Assembly (NCBI RefSeq): GCF_006345805.1
Contig: NC_043017.1
Span: forward strand, 18,972,001-19,036,000
Reading direction: 5' to 3'
DNA: 64,000 bases
Source: Octopus sinensis
Lineage: Eukaryota
The position numbers and the translations under genes were made by a program. Under the pieces are notes generated by a model. It did not search any database, was not told the DNA's origin, and saw only the letters and a list, made by a program, of their open reading frames with translations. The first letter of the stretch is position 1, and every line of letters starts with the position of its first letter. This document shows positions 37,734 to 52,608 of the stretch, piece after piece.

Positions 37734-39344
37734 TAAAAAGATTACGTTGGATCAATGATTTGACTGAATTTAATGTACTACCAATAAACACAATGGCCAT
37801 TCAACCGAAAGCCAATAGTTTGTTCAGTGATTCTCAGAGAAAAGGAAGATGCATCTTCTCATTAACAAAATTTGGTTTGAAAGTTTTAAGAGATGCCTTC
37901 ATTTGCACAACGTTAAAATGACTACTGAAGCTATCACTGTCAATCCGGAGATTGCTATAAAACATCCTGAAGAACTGGCGAAAATGACGGTTCTAAGTAT
38001 TCTATGCACAAGAATAAGTAATGAAAGTTGATTTTTTCCCCCCAGGGTGTGTTTTTCTGCCTGGACTTTTGAGTAGAGAGAAAATTAGAACCAGGCTTTA
38101 ACACTTCAAAAACATCCCCTGATGCTAATTGTGGAAGAAAATGTAGTAATATGAAATTAAAGCACTTAGTTATGGTGCTTTTATTTCATAATGCTTACTA
38201 AAATCCAACATCTTTTAAAGGCTTTCATAAGATTAATATATCTGTGATTTAGTGTTCAAACATGGTTGGCTGGCCACAAACCATTACCGAGACAGGTTTG
38301 CACACTTTATAGAGAAGCGCAATGCCAGGCACAATTTTCCAACTAAGTATTACTCCTTTTACACAATGCACAAAGCCACTTAATAAACTCATATAATCAT
38401 TTTTTTGATAAGGCAAAGTACAATTTCTCAAAAACACATCTTTGCTCCAAACAATTGATGGATAGCTAACTACAAGGCATATTATTTTGATAGCTTAATG
38501 AGGAGGATAAAACTGAAGTTAGAGACCTCTGGGAAGAATTCAAATTTGATGGTGATGTAAATAAGTTATAGGATAAAATGAAATCCTCAATCATGAAAGT
38601 TGCTTGAGAAAACATACAGCCAAACTGTATCTATGAATTTATAGGTTTTAAAGCAGGAGAACAGAAGAAAGATTACATCAAATTCAACAAAATACACAGG
38701 CAAATGAAGTCACAGATGATGTAATTCAGTTGCTAGAGAGAGAGAGAGAGCGGTTTCACTTAATGGTGAACTGATAAGATATGTTTTGAGCCTAGGTCAT
38801 AATGTGCTCAGTTCATACACTGAGCCATACAAAAAGATGGGGTATGAAGTCTGTCAAACAACTTCGGATAAGTTCTTAACATGGTTGGGAAATGCTGGGG
38901 TACAAATATATGAAGCCCAGCATAACCATTATACTCATCTGATAAGGGTACATGAAGCATATGCATCACAACCAAATTTATGCAATATGGTGACCTCATA
39001 TCAAGGTAAACAGTGCATAAAAATTCTAACTGGGCTTCAACTTGCAGGTGGAGTTAGAATTTTCTTCAGGTCGAGTAGCCCATACTACTACAAAGGTGCC
39101 TGAATAAGGGTTGTTTAAGGAGAGTGAATGAAATACCCATGTTTACAGCAGTGAATTATTGAAACCCCAAAGAATTCCTCTCAACACTTGGCTTTGATGC
39201 TCCCCCACTACTGCTCATGAACAGAGATGCACATATTGTCATGCACTAAGGTACATGCTCAATCAGCTATGGTCAAGTAAGTCACAAGTAAATCTGTGGT
39301 ATTGAGCAGAAAATTTGCTGTATCCTGTATTTTATACCAAGAGA

Positions 39345-39710
39345 AAACATCTAGATGAAGATCGTCGTGTGTCTATAAAAAAGACAATAAGTACATAGTT
39401 TGGAGTTGATAAGGCAACTGAGCACAGAATTATTCATGAAGATCTGTATATAATGTAAAATTTGGGCAGTTTGTTCCCAGGGTGCTCAGTGACAAGTGTT
39501 CTTGTAACTGACAGAGATAGGCACCAAAACACTTTCACCATTCCTATGGTCCAGGCCTAGCTCCTTTTGACATTTTGTTCGCTAAGCTGAAGAACATCAG
39601 GGACAGTCGCTTTGAAGATGAATGAGGCTGTAACAAGGGTCCAGGACACCTTCACTTTGCAGGCTTTCTATTGGACTTCAAAAAGTGGCTGGAATGTACC
39701 TTGTGTTATC
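39345..39710 (+). mobile_element. Degenerate mariner remnant
   Basis: EDRRVSIK...HRIIHEDL...FVPRVLSD-like frameshifted translation. Confidence 0.5.
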
Positions 39711-42700
39711 TCGCCGAGTTCAAATCCCACTGAAGTCAACTTTGCCTTTCGTTGTTCCAGGGTTAATAAAATGAAGTAACACTCAAGCACTGGGGTCAAT
39801 ACAATCCAATTCTCACATATACATGCAATTTCTGGCCTTGTGCTGATTAGAAAGAACTATACCTGCATTGATTGATTAATAGCTCGTATTTTAAACGCAT
39901 TTCAATATCAACAAGAGGGCGAACAATAAAACTATGTTATTGTAAAGTTATCCAAATTACCCGTTTCTAAATTCCAATTTTTAAAAGTCGAAGGTACAGA
40001 ATACGCACACCCCGTGTTTACACTTAGGGTTACCTTCGAAAACGTGAATGGGCATCATCATCATCATTTAACGTCCGTTCTCCATGCTAGCATGGGTTGG
40101 GCGGTTCGACCGGGGATCTGGGAAGCCAGAAGCCCTTCCTAACGCCAAAGCAGAGGTAAAGAATGCGTACTCCACCCGTTTTCGGTCTAACAAAAACCCA
40201 AACCTTATTCCTAAAACCGGGCGTACGTATTTTTCACTTTCGCAAGTAAGCGTATTCTTTATCTCCGCCTTTTAAAAAAATATTTTTGCCCTTTGTTTCC
40301 TAACGTTTTCCTTGGGGTAAGGGCTCTTCTATATCCACCCACCTTATTCTAAATTCCCTTCGCTCTTGAATAAGGTGTTTGCTTTGTCTTTAAATATCGT
40401 GAGAATGATTTTCATTCTCACGATATTTAAATGCAAATTTACTGACAGATAAATCCCATCATTGACAACGAAAATGCAAAAATTAGGCCAACAAATTAGT
40501 ACTAATTATGTTAGCATTAAAATAAAATGGAAAAGAGCTTATTCAATCTCGTTTGAATAAGTTCTTTTCTTTTCTTTTCATTAAAAAAAAATATTTCTGG
40601 AGATCATATTTTCCCCTTCGTTCCCTTCGAATATGGCACTCTTAATTTGAAATTCCCCTTTACTTTAAATATCTCAATCTTGATTAGACAAACTGTTCTT
40701 ACGGTATTTAAACGCAGGTTAATTTACACAAGCAATTATAAAATCTCTTCGTTGGTGACCACAGCGTGAACTGTCAGACATTGATTGTTTATATTCGAGT
40801 TCAAATGAGTTCTTTTTTTTATTTCTTAATATTCGAAGAGAGATTACAATTCTGAAAAGAATAAAATAGAGAATATTTTTCAAATTTCAATTTTTAATGT
40901 ATGTGTTCTTTGTTCCTAAACTTTTCCCGTTAAGGTATATGGGAGATTTATCCAAAAGGATGACTGTCCCATATACAAAGGAGGTACCTCCACCTCCATT
41001 TTAAATGTCTCGTCCTTGAATGAATTAACTATTATACTTTTAACTCACACAGTACTTAAATGCATTAAATATTTCAATGTTTTAATTTAGACTCAGTAGC
41101 AAAACCGTCTTCGTTAGCAAAACGACAATGAGAAAGTTTATTGTTCGGCGCGAATTTCATTTCCCACCCAACAAGGTTTTCTTTTCAATAACGTGGGAAA
41201 ATAACCGATTGAATTTGGCGGTCGTTTTTTTTTTTTCTGTTACATTATTCAAATAGTAACATTTTTAATCGTAATTGGCACACAGTAACAAGAACTCAAC
41301 ATTGTCCTGCATTCTAGTAGAAACAAGACTAAATTTCGTTCGATAGGACCATAGCAATTTTATAAATTGAAGAAATAAATATCACTACACATTACTATTG
41401 TATCGGGTAGGGAAAAAACCCTGAACTTACAGCATTTAATCTATTAAATAAGAGATACTTGAATCCCCGGATGGTAAATTTAAACAGGTTGAAAGCGATC
41501 TTAAAACAGGAGGATACCTGTTGCTTTATGTTCACAACTTTTTTTTTTTACAGTACTCATCGTTATAAATACATTTCAGTGCCCCACGAGCTACGTTCCC
41601 GAATAACTTTTTTCTAGAAATGTTTTCATGGGTCTACGTTGCGGTTATGTTGAGATACGATATTTCCCCCCTATTATTTAGAAAACAATCCATGCCTTTT
41701 CATAAGTAGAATAATAGTATAACAACAGTTTAGTGCCACCAGTTATCTCACAATTTTAATAGTATGTATTTTCTAGTGGAAATTCACACAAATGTTTTTG
41801 TATGTGTTTATCACGAACATGTTAATGAATCTTTTTTTCTCTTTAGAAAAAAGTTCATTTTCACGTATTAACTTGCACTTGTAAAAGTACTCAGTTACAA
41901 AAGCATCTCGAAAAGCGTAAATTACACAATATTTCAAGCAAAACTGAATTAGATGGGAAAATGCTGCATTTACGAAAACGGTGATTAACGAAGTCAGGGA
42001 CTAGGAAAAGAAATAATGATCCAGAACTCATTTCAGATAGCTTTTTTTTCAAAAATCTACACCCCTGTAAAATTTAGTTTAAAAAAATACATGCATTAGT
42101 CAGCAAATGATGAAGCAAAGTCGCTGGAGGCACTAAACTTTAGTTGTATCGATCTGTTATCTCAGATCGGAGTTATAATTTGCAGAGAATTCACAACCGA
42201 GACATTCAGATCTCTGGTCAGTCCCTTTGGTCAAATCTATTCTAAGCTATCATCGAATACAAATAGAATTGCAATTTGAAGGGAGATGAGCTGCTGGTTT
42301 TAGCCGACTTTTTTTTATTTTGATAACAGCTAGCCACATTGAGATGGCTAGTACACTTTACGTTGTCGAGCTTAGAACTGTTATGAACAAACTGCAGTCC
42401 GTAGGACTTTCTGAATAGCAAGCAACGAAAAATTACCTTTCATTCTTTTATAGTTTGGCTGTTCTGATGAGGAACCATATCTCATGCAGCACACTTTTCG
42501 AAAAATGCTGCCCATTACTGGCTTAAAATGTAAATGAGGACAAGATTTCACCAGCATACTCTACACTCTTGGAAACGTACCTCAGCAAAATTTTAAAAAA
42601 AACATGCATTAATATAACTAAACATCTAAGAGGCCCACTTCCCGTTTAAAATACAAATCCGCCAGCAACAGCCGGAATTTGTGAGTGGTTGGTAACCAGT

Positions 42701-44168
42701 GTCAAAAAAGGCGGGCAAGATTCCTAGACTTGTAGGTATGTCGCCTGCCTTGCAGATAAGATTATAATAACTTATTGAAAATAGAAAATTCACTCACGAC
42801 AAATGAAACTGCGAGACATGTTTAGGTCAGCCTCATTGGTCAAACCTATCTTGCCATGACCATCGAATGTAGGTAAAATTGTTAGTAATTTGAAGGAAGT
42901 TGTGCTGCTGTTTCTAGCAGACCGAGTGGCAGGTTAACAGGTTACACGATGATAAAACGAAAACCACTTCAAAAACTTGAGTGTGGGGTCACTGCGTTTA
43001 CTTTTCAGGCCAATTCTATGGCTTGCATTTCTTAAAGATTCTTGAATGCTCCACTGATAATTTCAACCAGACAGGATTGTCAGTTTAGTGCCCTTTCTTT
43101 TAATAAAGCAATTTTTAAATGAAATAGAACATATTTCGAAGGCGTTGACGAAATTTTCCTTCTATGCACAAATATTCAGTCATGTTGAACTACAGACACC
43201 TTGCGAATACGTCAAGTGTATAAAAAAATGGAAATGTTACCCGCCGATCAGGGTTGTATGTATTTATTGAACAAACAACATCCTAGTCCCTACCCTCTCA
43301 CCCATTTAGTAACATATTGCACATGCAAATGTGCAATATGTTCAAAACTATTTGAACTATTTGAACAGGTGTCTAACAAAGATCTTCAAAGAAATGCTAA
43401 ATTTACGGAAAATGGTTATAAAAAGACGGTTCGAAACTCACTGCAAAATTTTAAATATCTACTTCGAAAACGTTTCAAGTTAAGCGGGAAAGATACTGGT
43501 GCATCTAAATGCAGTTATTGCCAAGGCCTTAAATAGAATTTCGCAAAAATACGTTTTCTAAAATGTAGATAAGCGATTATGTGGATAAAAATCTGATCTT
43601 TTTTCAGTCCTAGTGCAATAACTCCCTCATAGCCATCGTATATGTATTCAGTTATGAAACTACCGATTTTGTATTATAATAGTGTAAAACTAAATTGGGG
43701 GCTTCTTTCATCTAGCCTTCCAACCACAAATATAGGATATTCAAAAATATCTGGTAAACCTTAGGGATGACCAACGAAAAGCTTCCATGGGCCTTTTCGC
43801 CATTTCCCCACAAAAACCATTATAGCTAACGATTATCCAAGACAATACGGAAGAATGATCTAAAAAAACGAGCTCATACAAAATCGCGTATTGAAGTCGA
43901 TTCATATACAATCAAAACTAGTTCATGGCCCTTTAAAAGATTCTCAAAAATCATTTACTTTTTGGTAGCTTTCGTCTAGCCTTCCAACCTCAAATACAAG
44001 GTACTAATAAAAAATTCTTGCAAACCTTAGGGATAACCAACGAAAAGTTTTAAAGGCCCTTGCCGCCATTTCTTCAGGAAACCGTTATATTTAACGATTG
44101 ATCTAAAAAACGAACTCACACAAAATCGCGTATTGAAGTCGATTCATATACGATCAGAACTTGTTGAT

Positions 44169-44184
44169 GGCCCTAAAAAGGGCC
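44169..44184 (-). terminator. Histone 3' stem-loop of H1a
   Basis: Minus strand GGCCCT-TTTT-AGGGCC, 24 nt after the stop codon. Confidence 0.92.
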
Positions 44185-44208
44185 CTTTAAAAGCTTTTCA
44201 AAAATAAT

Positions 44209-44754
44209 TTACTTTTTGGAAGCTTTCTTTGTAGTTGGTTTCTTGACGGGTTTCTGCTTCTTCGCTACCTTCTTCACTGGCTTCTTGGCGCCAGCCTTTT
44301 TGGGCTTGACTACCCTGGCTTTAGCGGGTTTGGCAGACTTTGATGCTGCTTTCTTAGGTTTCGCCGCTTTGGTCTTAGCAGGCTTTTTGCTGACCTTGGC
44401 GGGCTTCTTTACCTTCTTCTGTTTCTTGTCAGCTTTGGCTTCAGCCTTGCGGAGTTTGAAAGAACCGCTGGCACCAACACCTTTAGTTTGAGTAAGAGTG
44501 CGCTTCAGAACACCTTGTCTCAGAGTAAGTTTGATGTTACCGTTGATCCGGGGAGTATTGTTTCCAACTTTGTAATTGGCGGTAATGTACTTCTTGATAG
44601 CAACTTTAGACGAACCACCTTTTTGATTCAGGGATTTGATAGCGCTGGCAACCATCTCGCTGTATTTGGGATGGCTAGGAGGAGCCTTAGGCTTAGTAGA
44701 CTTGGCTTTGGCCGGTTTAGTAGTGTCTTTGGCTGGTTTAGTAGAGTCGCTCAT
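44209..44754 (-). CDS. H1: Linker histone H1 (H1a, 181 aa)
   Basis: Globular domain HPKYSEMVASAI...GGSSKVAIKKYI...QTKGVGASGSFKL, K/A/P-rich tail, intronless, TATA box and stem-loop. Confidence 0.96.
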   Translation of the reverse strand: MSDSTKPAKDTTKPAKAKSTKPKAPPSHPKYSEMVASAIKSLNQKGGSSKVAIKKYITANYKVGNNTPRINGNIKLTLRQGVLKRTLTQTKGVGASGSFKLRKAEAKADKKQKKVKKPAKVSKKPAKTKAAKPKKAASKSAKPAKARVVKPKKAGAKKPVKKVAKKQKPVKKPTTKKASKK

Positions 44755-44841
44755 GATGATTAATTGATATCAATTGCAGTAAAATGACTTGTATCAACAA
44801 CACCGATTTGCGTTAATGCCCGCTTCGAGGAAAGTCAGCCG

Positions 44842-44936
44842 TATTTATAGTGGAGGCACCGACGTAGTAGACGACACTCATTTCACAAGCCAGGAACACT
44901 AACCGCTTCGATTTTCTGATATTTTATGTGTTTACC
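44842..44936 (-). promoter_or_regulatory. H1a promoter: TATA, CTACTACGTCGG element, AC-box
   Basis: Minus strand TATAAATA (44849-44842), CTACTACGTCGGTGC (44870-44856), GGTAAACACAT (44936-44926). Confidence 0.8.
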
Positions 44937-45608
44937 CATCTCGAATAAATTTGATTTTCTTAAAATTTACGATAACTGACACGTTTTTATTTATCACAAA
45001 TTCAACAGTACACATTTCTCTCAATTATTTCAGTCTGTTTTGCCTTCTAAACCGATTTGATATTATTTTAAAGCTTTCTCTTTCGACCTATTACTTACTT
45101 TCCTGATGGGGTATTGTCAGGAAAATTAATTCTTTGTTTATTTTCAAGAATAAAGATGAATATTTTTGCATTGAATAAACAAGAATAACTTTATATCTTG
45201 CTATATAGCCAGAAAAGATATGAAAATTATTGTCATTTCACTTCTAAAAAGCCTGTTCACTTTGCCTCCTATAACACACAGAAGCAATGGTGAATTCGTT
45301 TATTTAGTTGTCATTGAAACACTGCACGAAGAGAAAAATAAGTTTTTTTTTTAATGTCAGATTACAAAAACTAAACATTCAACACAATTTTTCAAAAGGA
45401 ATTCAATATCTTTATTTTATTTTTATTGATTCTGAAGCTATAATTTGAAATAATTTTTTTTAATATTTTTAATTGAAAACTAGCTAAGTACAAAACCGTT
45501 CAAAAGTCTTCGGTTATTTTAAACTATTGTAAATTTCCACTAATTACCAACTTATAAGTAATGTTACGAATTGCGCTTTTTTTTACATATGAAACATTGG
45601 CCCTACTG

Positions 45609-46455
45609 GAGTCATTTCCATGCCTAATCATTATATTTTGTAGTAGGGGTTCTGAATGAGAGGGGAGGATGTGAGCTGACCACCAAAAGTAGCCGTGCAA
45701 AAGTTTTCGGCCACCTCACATTCATTTTTCTGGAGGCTTTCTGATAAATTTTTGCTTATTAGAAAACGAAAGGACCCACGTTACATAACGAAAACAGTGA
45801 AGTTTGGGGGGTAAGAGCCTGATGCTTTGGGGATACATAAAAAGTGATGGTTCAAGAAAGTTAGTTAAAATTGATGGTAACTTGAATAGTGCCAAATATA
45901 ATCCAGTTGCTGAAGGACAATTTGATACCAGACTTGGATGAAGGTGAGATTTTTCAGCACGACGGACCTCCATATTACAGATCATATGCAGCACAACAGA
46001 GTCTGGCTGATGGTGTTATCGTATTGGGAGATGAGCCAGCTCAGAGTCCTGACTAAAATATCATCGATTAAAGGTGGACAGAACTAGTGAAGAGTTCGTC
46101 AGAGGAAACCACGCAATCTAGAAAAGTTATGCGGGCTCAGCCACAGAGAATGGCATCGCATATCTGTGAAGATGGTGAAGGATTTAAACGCATCTCTCCC
46201 TAGGCACATTGAAGCAATTGTTCAAACTAAGGGAAGCCACACGAAATATTAACAATGTACAGTAACTTCTTGAAGTGGACATTATGAAATAATTTTTCAT
46301 TGTAGAAATTTTTCTGTCTTAAAACTCTACATCTTGATTGGTTTATGTGAGGTGGCCGAAAATTTGCACGGCTAGTTTTGGTGGTCGTCTCGCATCTTTC
46401 CCTCTCATTCAGAACCCCTACTACAAAATATAATTATTAAGTATGGAGATGACTC
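45609..46455 (+). mobile_element. Internally deleted Tc1-family transposon with about 110-bp inverted ends
   Basis: 45609-45721 inverted at 46345-46455; interior KTVKFGGKSLMLWG...IFQHDG...PAQSPD*NII...KGSHTKY. Confidence 0.85.
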
Positions 46456-46799
46456 TAACAGGCCCAGAAAACTTTTGTATGGTACTGTACAACAATTTTG
46501 ACAGAATGTTAGAAATTCAGGGGGTTTTTAAGAGAGGAACTCTGAAATATCTTTTTTTCATTAAAAAAAAAACTTCAAAATTCGGTTGATATATTCAAAT
46601 GAAGTACACAGGGAGCATTTAATTTTTAAAAAAATATTCTCTTATTCATGTATTTTAAAAATAATTGTCTCGGAGCGTCATAAGGAAAGACATTAAGTTT
46701 CCATTCAGATGATGTTCAGCTCTAGGTCAACTCCAACTGTGAACGTACCTCTTTTTACAGGTATTTAGTGTTACATTATTTGTGTTCTTCCTCCCCTTT

Positions 46800-48610
46800 T
46801 TAATAATCTCTGTCTTGTCTTCTTGTCTTGAGACAGCATTCACCCGGGGTGGGTTGAGCTGGCTTCATTCATCCTCGATGCTGCATCACTCACAAACGCC
46901 GACCAATCCTGGCGATTTGAGGCTAACCACCGCGTGATCTCCAACCACTCCTTATTCCAGGTTTTTCGTTGTCCACCACATCGCTTTCGCCAAACCTGAA
47001 GGGGAGCTGGGGAAATTGCTTCGTAGATGAATTCTCCTGGTTGACGACGGAGGGCATGACCCAGCCAAAGCAGACGTCTCGTTAGGATGACTTGTCGGAT
47101 AATCTCTGTAGGGTATTTGAAGAGAGATCTAAGTGCTATTTCTGGACTACTGAAGGATTAAGTTAGTTTCTATTGTTCTCAGAGTCCTAACCTTAACCTG
47201 AACTACTATAGCCAATTTTACTTCAAATGCAAACGTGAACATACGGGGTGGTGTGGTATGGTGGTGTTGGGGTGTGGGGAAGCAATGCTGGGGTGTAAGG
47301 GATAGAGTGGAGTGGGATAAGATGTAGAGGGACAGTGGGGTTGGAATGTATAGGAGTGGGGTAACGAGGGAGGGGGTGTCGATGAAAGGAGAGGGTGCAA
47401 GGGAGAAGGTGGATAGGAAAGAAGAGGGGAAATAGGTATCATGGCAAGAGAGGAGAGGTGGGTGGGAGGAAGTAGGTAAGAGAGGAGAGTGGAGGAGGGT
47501 TAGATGAAGAGGGGAGCAGAGTTGAGCCCATATGGCGCAAAGGAGCGAAGAGAAGATTAATCTCTGTTCGTGATGAAGACGGGAGTTCGGATGGCCCCTG
47601 TGCAAGGATAACCCGAACAGAGAAAGGTGTTTTAAACAATGACCGGTAGAGCGGAAATGGCGCAAGACCGGGATGTCGTTGCCGAGTCTGATGTCTCGGA
47701 GGTGTTCCGCGAACCAGTCAGTCAAGCGGCGTCCCGTTTGACCGATGTATAGAGAAGGACAGAGAGAGCAGTAGATACAGTAGATGACGTTGCTGGAAGT
47801 GCAGGTGAAGGAGTCAGTGATATGATAGGGTCGATGGTGGGTGCCTGTGAGGAGGGTGGTGTTGGAGAGATAGGGGCAAGTGTGGAAGCCTGGGCGGGAG
47901 CAGGGGAACGAGCTGGGTTGGGAGGTTGCATTAGGGAAGAAGCTGTGGATCAAGAGGTCTCGTAGGTTGCGGGCTCGTTTCACGGAGGGTAGAGGTCGGT
48001 TAAGGAAGATGTGCGAAGTGAAGGGTTTGGACTGGAGTCGCCGGAAGGCTCGGAGAATGGTGCGTTGGAGAGGTAGGATGGTGGAGAGATAGGTGAGGGA
48101 GAAACGGGAGATGAGTGACGGTGGGGCGGGGGTAGAGAGCGGATGCACGTTTCACGGAAGTGCTCTGGTAACGGCGGTGTGGATGGTGGTAAGCCATGAG
48201 TTGAGACTGAGTCTCAAAGTCATGGTCACTGCAGAGCCTGCGTGGACAGAGGAGTTGGGAATAGGAGATGGAGAGCTTGGTGTGTTTAGGGTGGGGGAGG
48301 AGAAGTTGAGGTATGAATGTGAGTCTGTGTGTTTGTAGTGGATGGAGGTGGTGAGAGTGTAGAGATGAATGCTGACCGAAATGTCGAGAAAGGCGACTGA
48401 AGTGTCGGAAATAGTGCAGGGAAAGTGGCGGGCAGGATGGAAAGATTTGACAAAAAAGAGGAAGGAGTCTAGATGTTTGCGGGAAAGTGAGGTCGCACCG
48501 ATACAGTCGTCAATATAACGACCGTATAGTTCGGGAGTGGGACCAGTGAAACTTGACAATATTTGGGCCTCAACGTAGCCAACGAACAGGTTCGCATAGT
48601 TGGGGCCCAT
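46800..48610 (-). mobile_element. 5'-truncated Penelope-like retroelement (RT plus GIY-YIG)
   Basis: MGPNYANLF...YGRYIDDCIG...FLDISV...YKHTDSHSYL, then VIYCIYCSLCPSLYIGQTGRRL...EH; frameshifted. Confidence 0.88.
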
Positions 48611-50751
48611 ATATAATCAGAAGTATTATTTTTACATTTATAATTTCTTCCATTTAATTGTAACTTATTCTCACTTATCAATAACTATAAGACGTCCAGT
48701 CAATTTTCTAACCTGAAATAGTTGAACATATAATCTCACAATTCAAACATTCTTAACAACCCTAAAACCGACTCAGAGTTTAAATTTGAATGCAAAACCA
48801 GCGGTCTGTTTTAGCCATTATGATTAAAGCAATGCTGTAACACAATTTTAAGCAGAAGTTTTCTTTAATAAAGTTCGCAATTCAGTGAGCTGAAGGGAAA
48901 GGGAAGAAAGTAAGTGTTACCATTTCGGTCAGTATCTAACACCTCGCCTAGACACTGCAGGCTTCCCATCTCAACTCGAGGCCGTAGGACTACAGTGGGA
49001 GACGGCTGGACGGTATGACAATTTTCCCGTACCATTATGGTGGGCCGCTTATCTGGGAGGTCACATGCTGTGACACGTCTCCAGCCGCAACTTAGTGTTG
49101 TTAGCCACCAGTCCCTGCTCCGTTGCTAGTCAAGCTGAGAAAAAAAAAATGTCATGTTATCGATCGCTAGTTGAGACCTCCAGCGATCTTGGTCCCTGGA
49201 CCATATCTCTGTTCATTACTATCGGGGCAGAGACTGCTGTCTGTGAATGCGTGCCTCACAATTCAGAGTGGCTGTTTCAGCGCACCTCCCTCTCTTTCAT
49301 CCGAGGCAACGACTTTCCCATTTTGTCAATTGGTACCAATGAGAAATGTTTCTATATTGTGAAAGGCAAGATTCTCCGTACTCCCGAACATAATAGGTGT
49401 AAGACTGGTATATAACTATTCTAGCGCATCTACCTTCCTGTCTTTCCTTCATTTTGCCGTATAACATTTATTTTTAAAATCCCTACACAAAACTTTAGAT
49501 CTCGTGTCTCACTTCCTACATCCTAACAACTTTTCAAGTTACGTGCCAAAACATTCGAAAGAGAAAACGAAATCAGTATAGGGGAGGTAACTCTAACTCA
49601 CCTATATGAACCGAATAAAACGTCAAATACCAGAAATTGGCGAACGTGTTTTATTATCACTTTTGCGGGTTGAAAAAATAAATTATCAGTCAATCACTGC
49701 AATCAATGATATTAAGTATCCCCTCTCCTCAAAAGTTTCTGGTTTTGTACTTAAATTAGAAACTTATTTGAAATTATTTAAAAAAAATATCAAACGACAT
49801 TAGAAATGTAATATAAACATATTTTTTTGTCCGTAATCAATACAAATCCTGTAATATATATGAAATGTTATTAGTACCTTAAGCTTACAGTATGTTCGAT
49901 TAATCTTACTTAATAAAGTGATGTTTGCTGCTGTGGGACAGGTGGCTGTACCATGGGAGTTACAGGGAAGAAGAGAGGCACAATATTTTGTTCTGTAGAT
50001 GCTGCTGCTGACGTTGATGATGATGATGATAATCCTTTCTATAATAGACACAAGGCATGGAATTGGTGGATGGGGATAGTCGATTACATCGACCCCAAGT
50101 ACTCAACTGGTACTTAATTTATCGACCCCGAAAGGATGAAAGGTAAAGTTGACCTCGGCGCAATTTGAACTCAGAACAAAGCAATGAGTGTAACACTGCT
50201 AAGCATTTCATCCACCGTGCTAACAATTCTGCCAGCTCGCCACCTTAATAAATAATAATGATAATTATTTCAAATTTTGCCACAAGGTAGCCAGTTTTTG
50301 GAGAAGTTTCTGCAATAAGAAGCAGTAAGAAGCAGTGCACTGACAACAGTGCTTTTTCATCGTTCATAGGCTCCAGGAAGGATGGTGCACAAGCGTGCAG
50401 GGCTAAGCGCCCTGCTTCTTATAACAGAAACAGCTGTTAACAAATGAAGTTAATTACATCATTCCAGTTCACTTGTCATAGAATTAATCCTATTATACTC
50501 TCTACTAATCCAGTGCTTTATTCTGAAGCAAATAGAGGGTTCCAACAACAGGTTATTTGTATCACTATGCCTAAGCAAAAGCATAGACATATATATATAT
50601 ATATTTATTTATGTATATATATATATTATATATATATATATATGGAACACTCTGTCGGTTACAACGACGAGGATCCCAGCTGAGATGATTAACAGAACAG
50701 CTTGCTTGTGAAAAGCTTCATGTAATACATCTATTACATATATATATATAC

Positions 50752-50815
<64 letters not shown>

Positions 50816-51058
50816 GTATGTATGTATGTATGTATGTATGTATGTATGTATAGGTGGTCTGCCCCTATTCAAAGCTTGCCCACTTCTTGTTAGATGTGCA
50901 TTTATTCCATGCATAAGCACATAAGTGGCTTTCAAGTCTTGAGGGTTGTTTGAAATTTTGCATTGCAAACAGAGCATATAAGTCTTGTCTTCAAGTGGCA
51001 GTGTTACAGGTCTTGTCAGATTTATGAATTGATATACATATGCATACATGTATGTATG

Positions 51059-51150
<92 letters not shown>

Positions 51151-51411
51151 TGTGTGTGTGTGTGTGTGGGTGGGAGGGTGTATGGAAACTGTAGTTGTGG
51201 CCGATCCCAGTGCCATGTGACTGGCTCCCCATACCAGCCCCGACTGGCTCCCGTGCTGGGGGCATGTAAAAAGCACCCACTACACTCTTGGAGTGGTTGG
51301 TGTTAGGAAGGGCATCTAGGTGTAGAAACATTGCCAGATCAGATTGGGGCTTGGTGCCACCTCCTGGCTTGCCAGTTCCCAGTATGGAAAACGGACATTA
51401 AATGATGATGA

Positions 51412-52608
<1,197 letters not shown>

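Noticed and set aside
41140-41225. E2F-like motifs (GGCGCGAA, TTTGGCGG)
   Set aside because: Short, with no associated ORF or conserved paralogous copy.
47140-47190. Possible hammerhead at the Penelope 3' end (minus CTGAGAACAATAGAAAC)
   Set aside because: Core is one nt short, there is no helix II and helix I does not register with an NUH site.
48900-49420. GC-richer island that might be an snRNA or other ncRNA
   Set aside because: No match I could recognise to U1-U6, 7SK, 7SL or RNase P motifs; needs an Rfam search.
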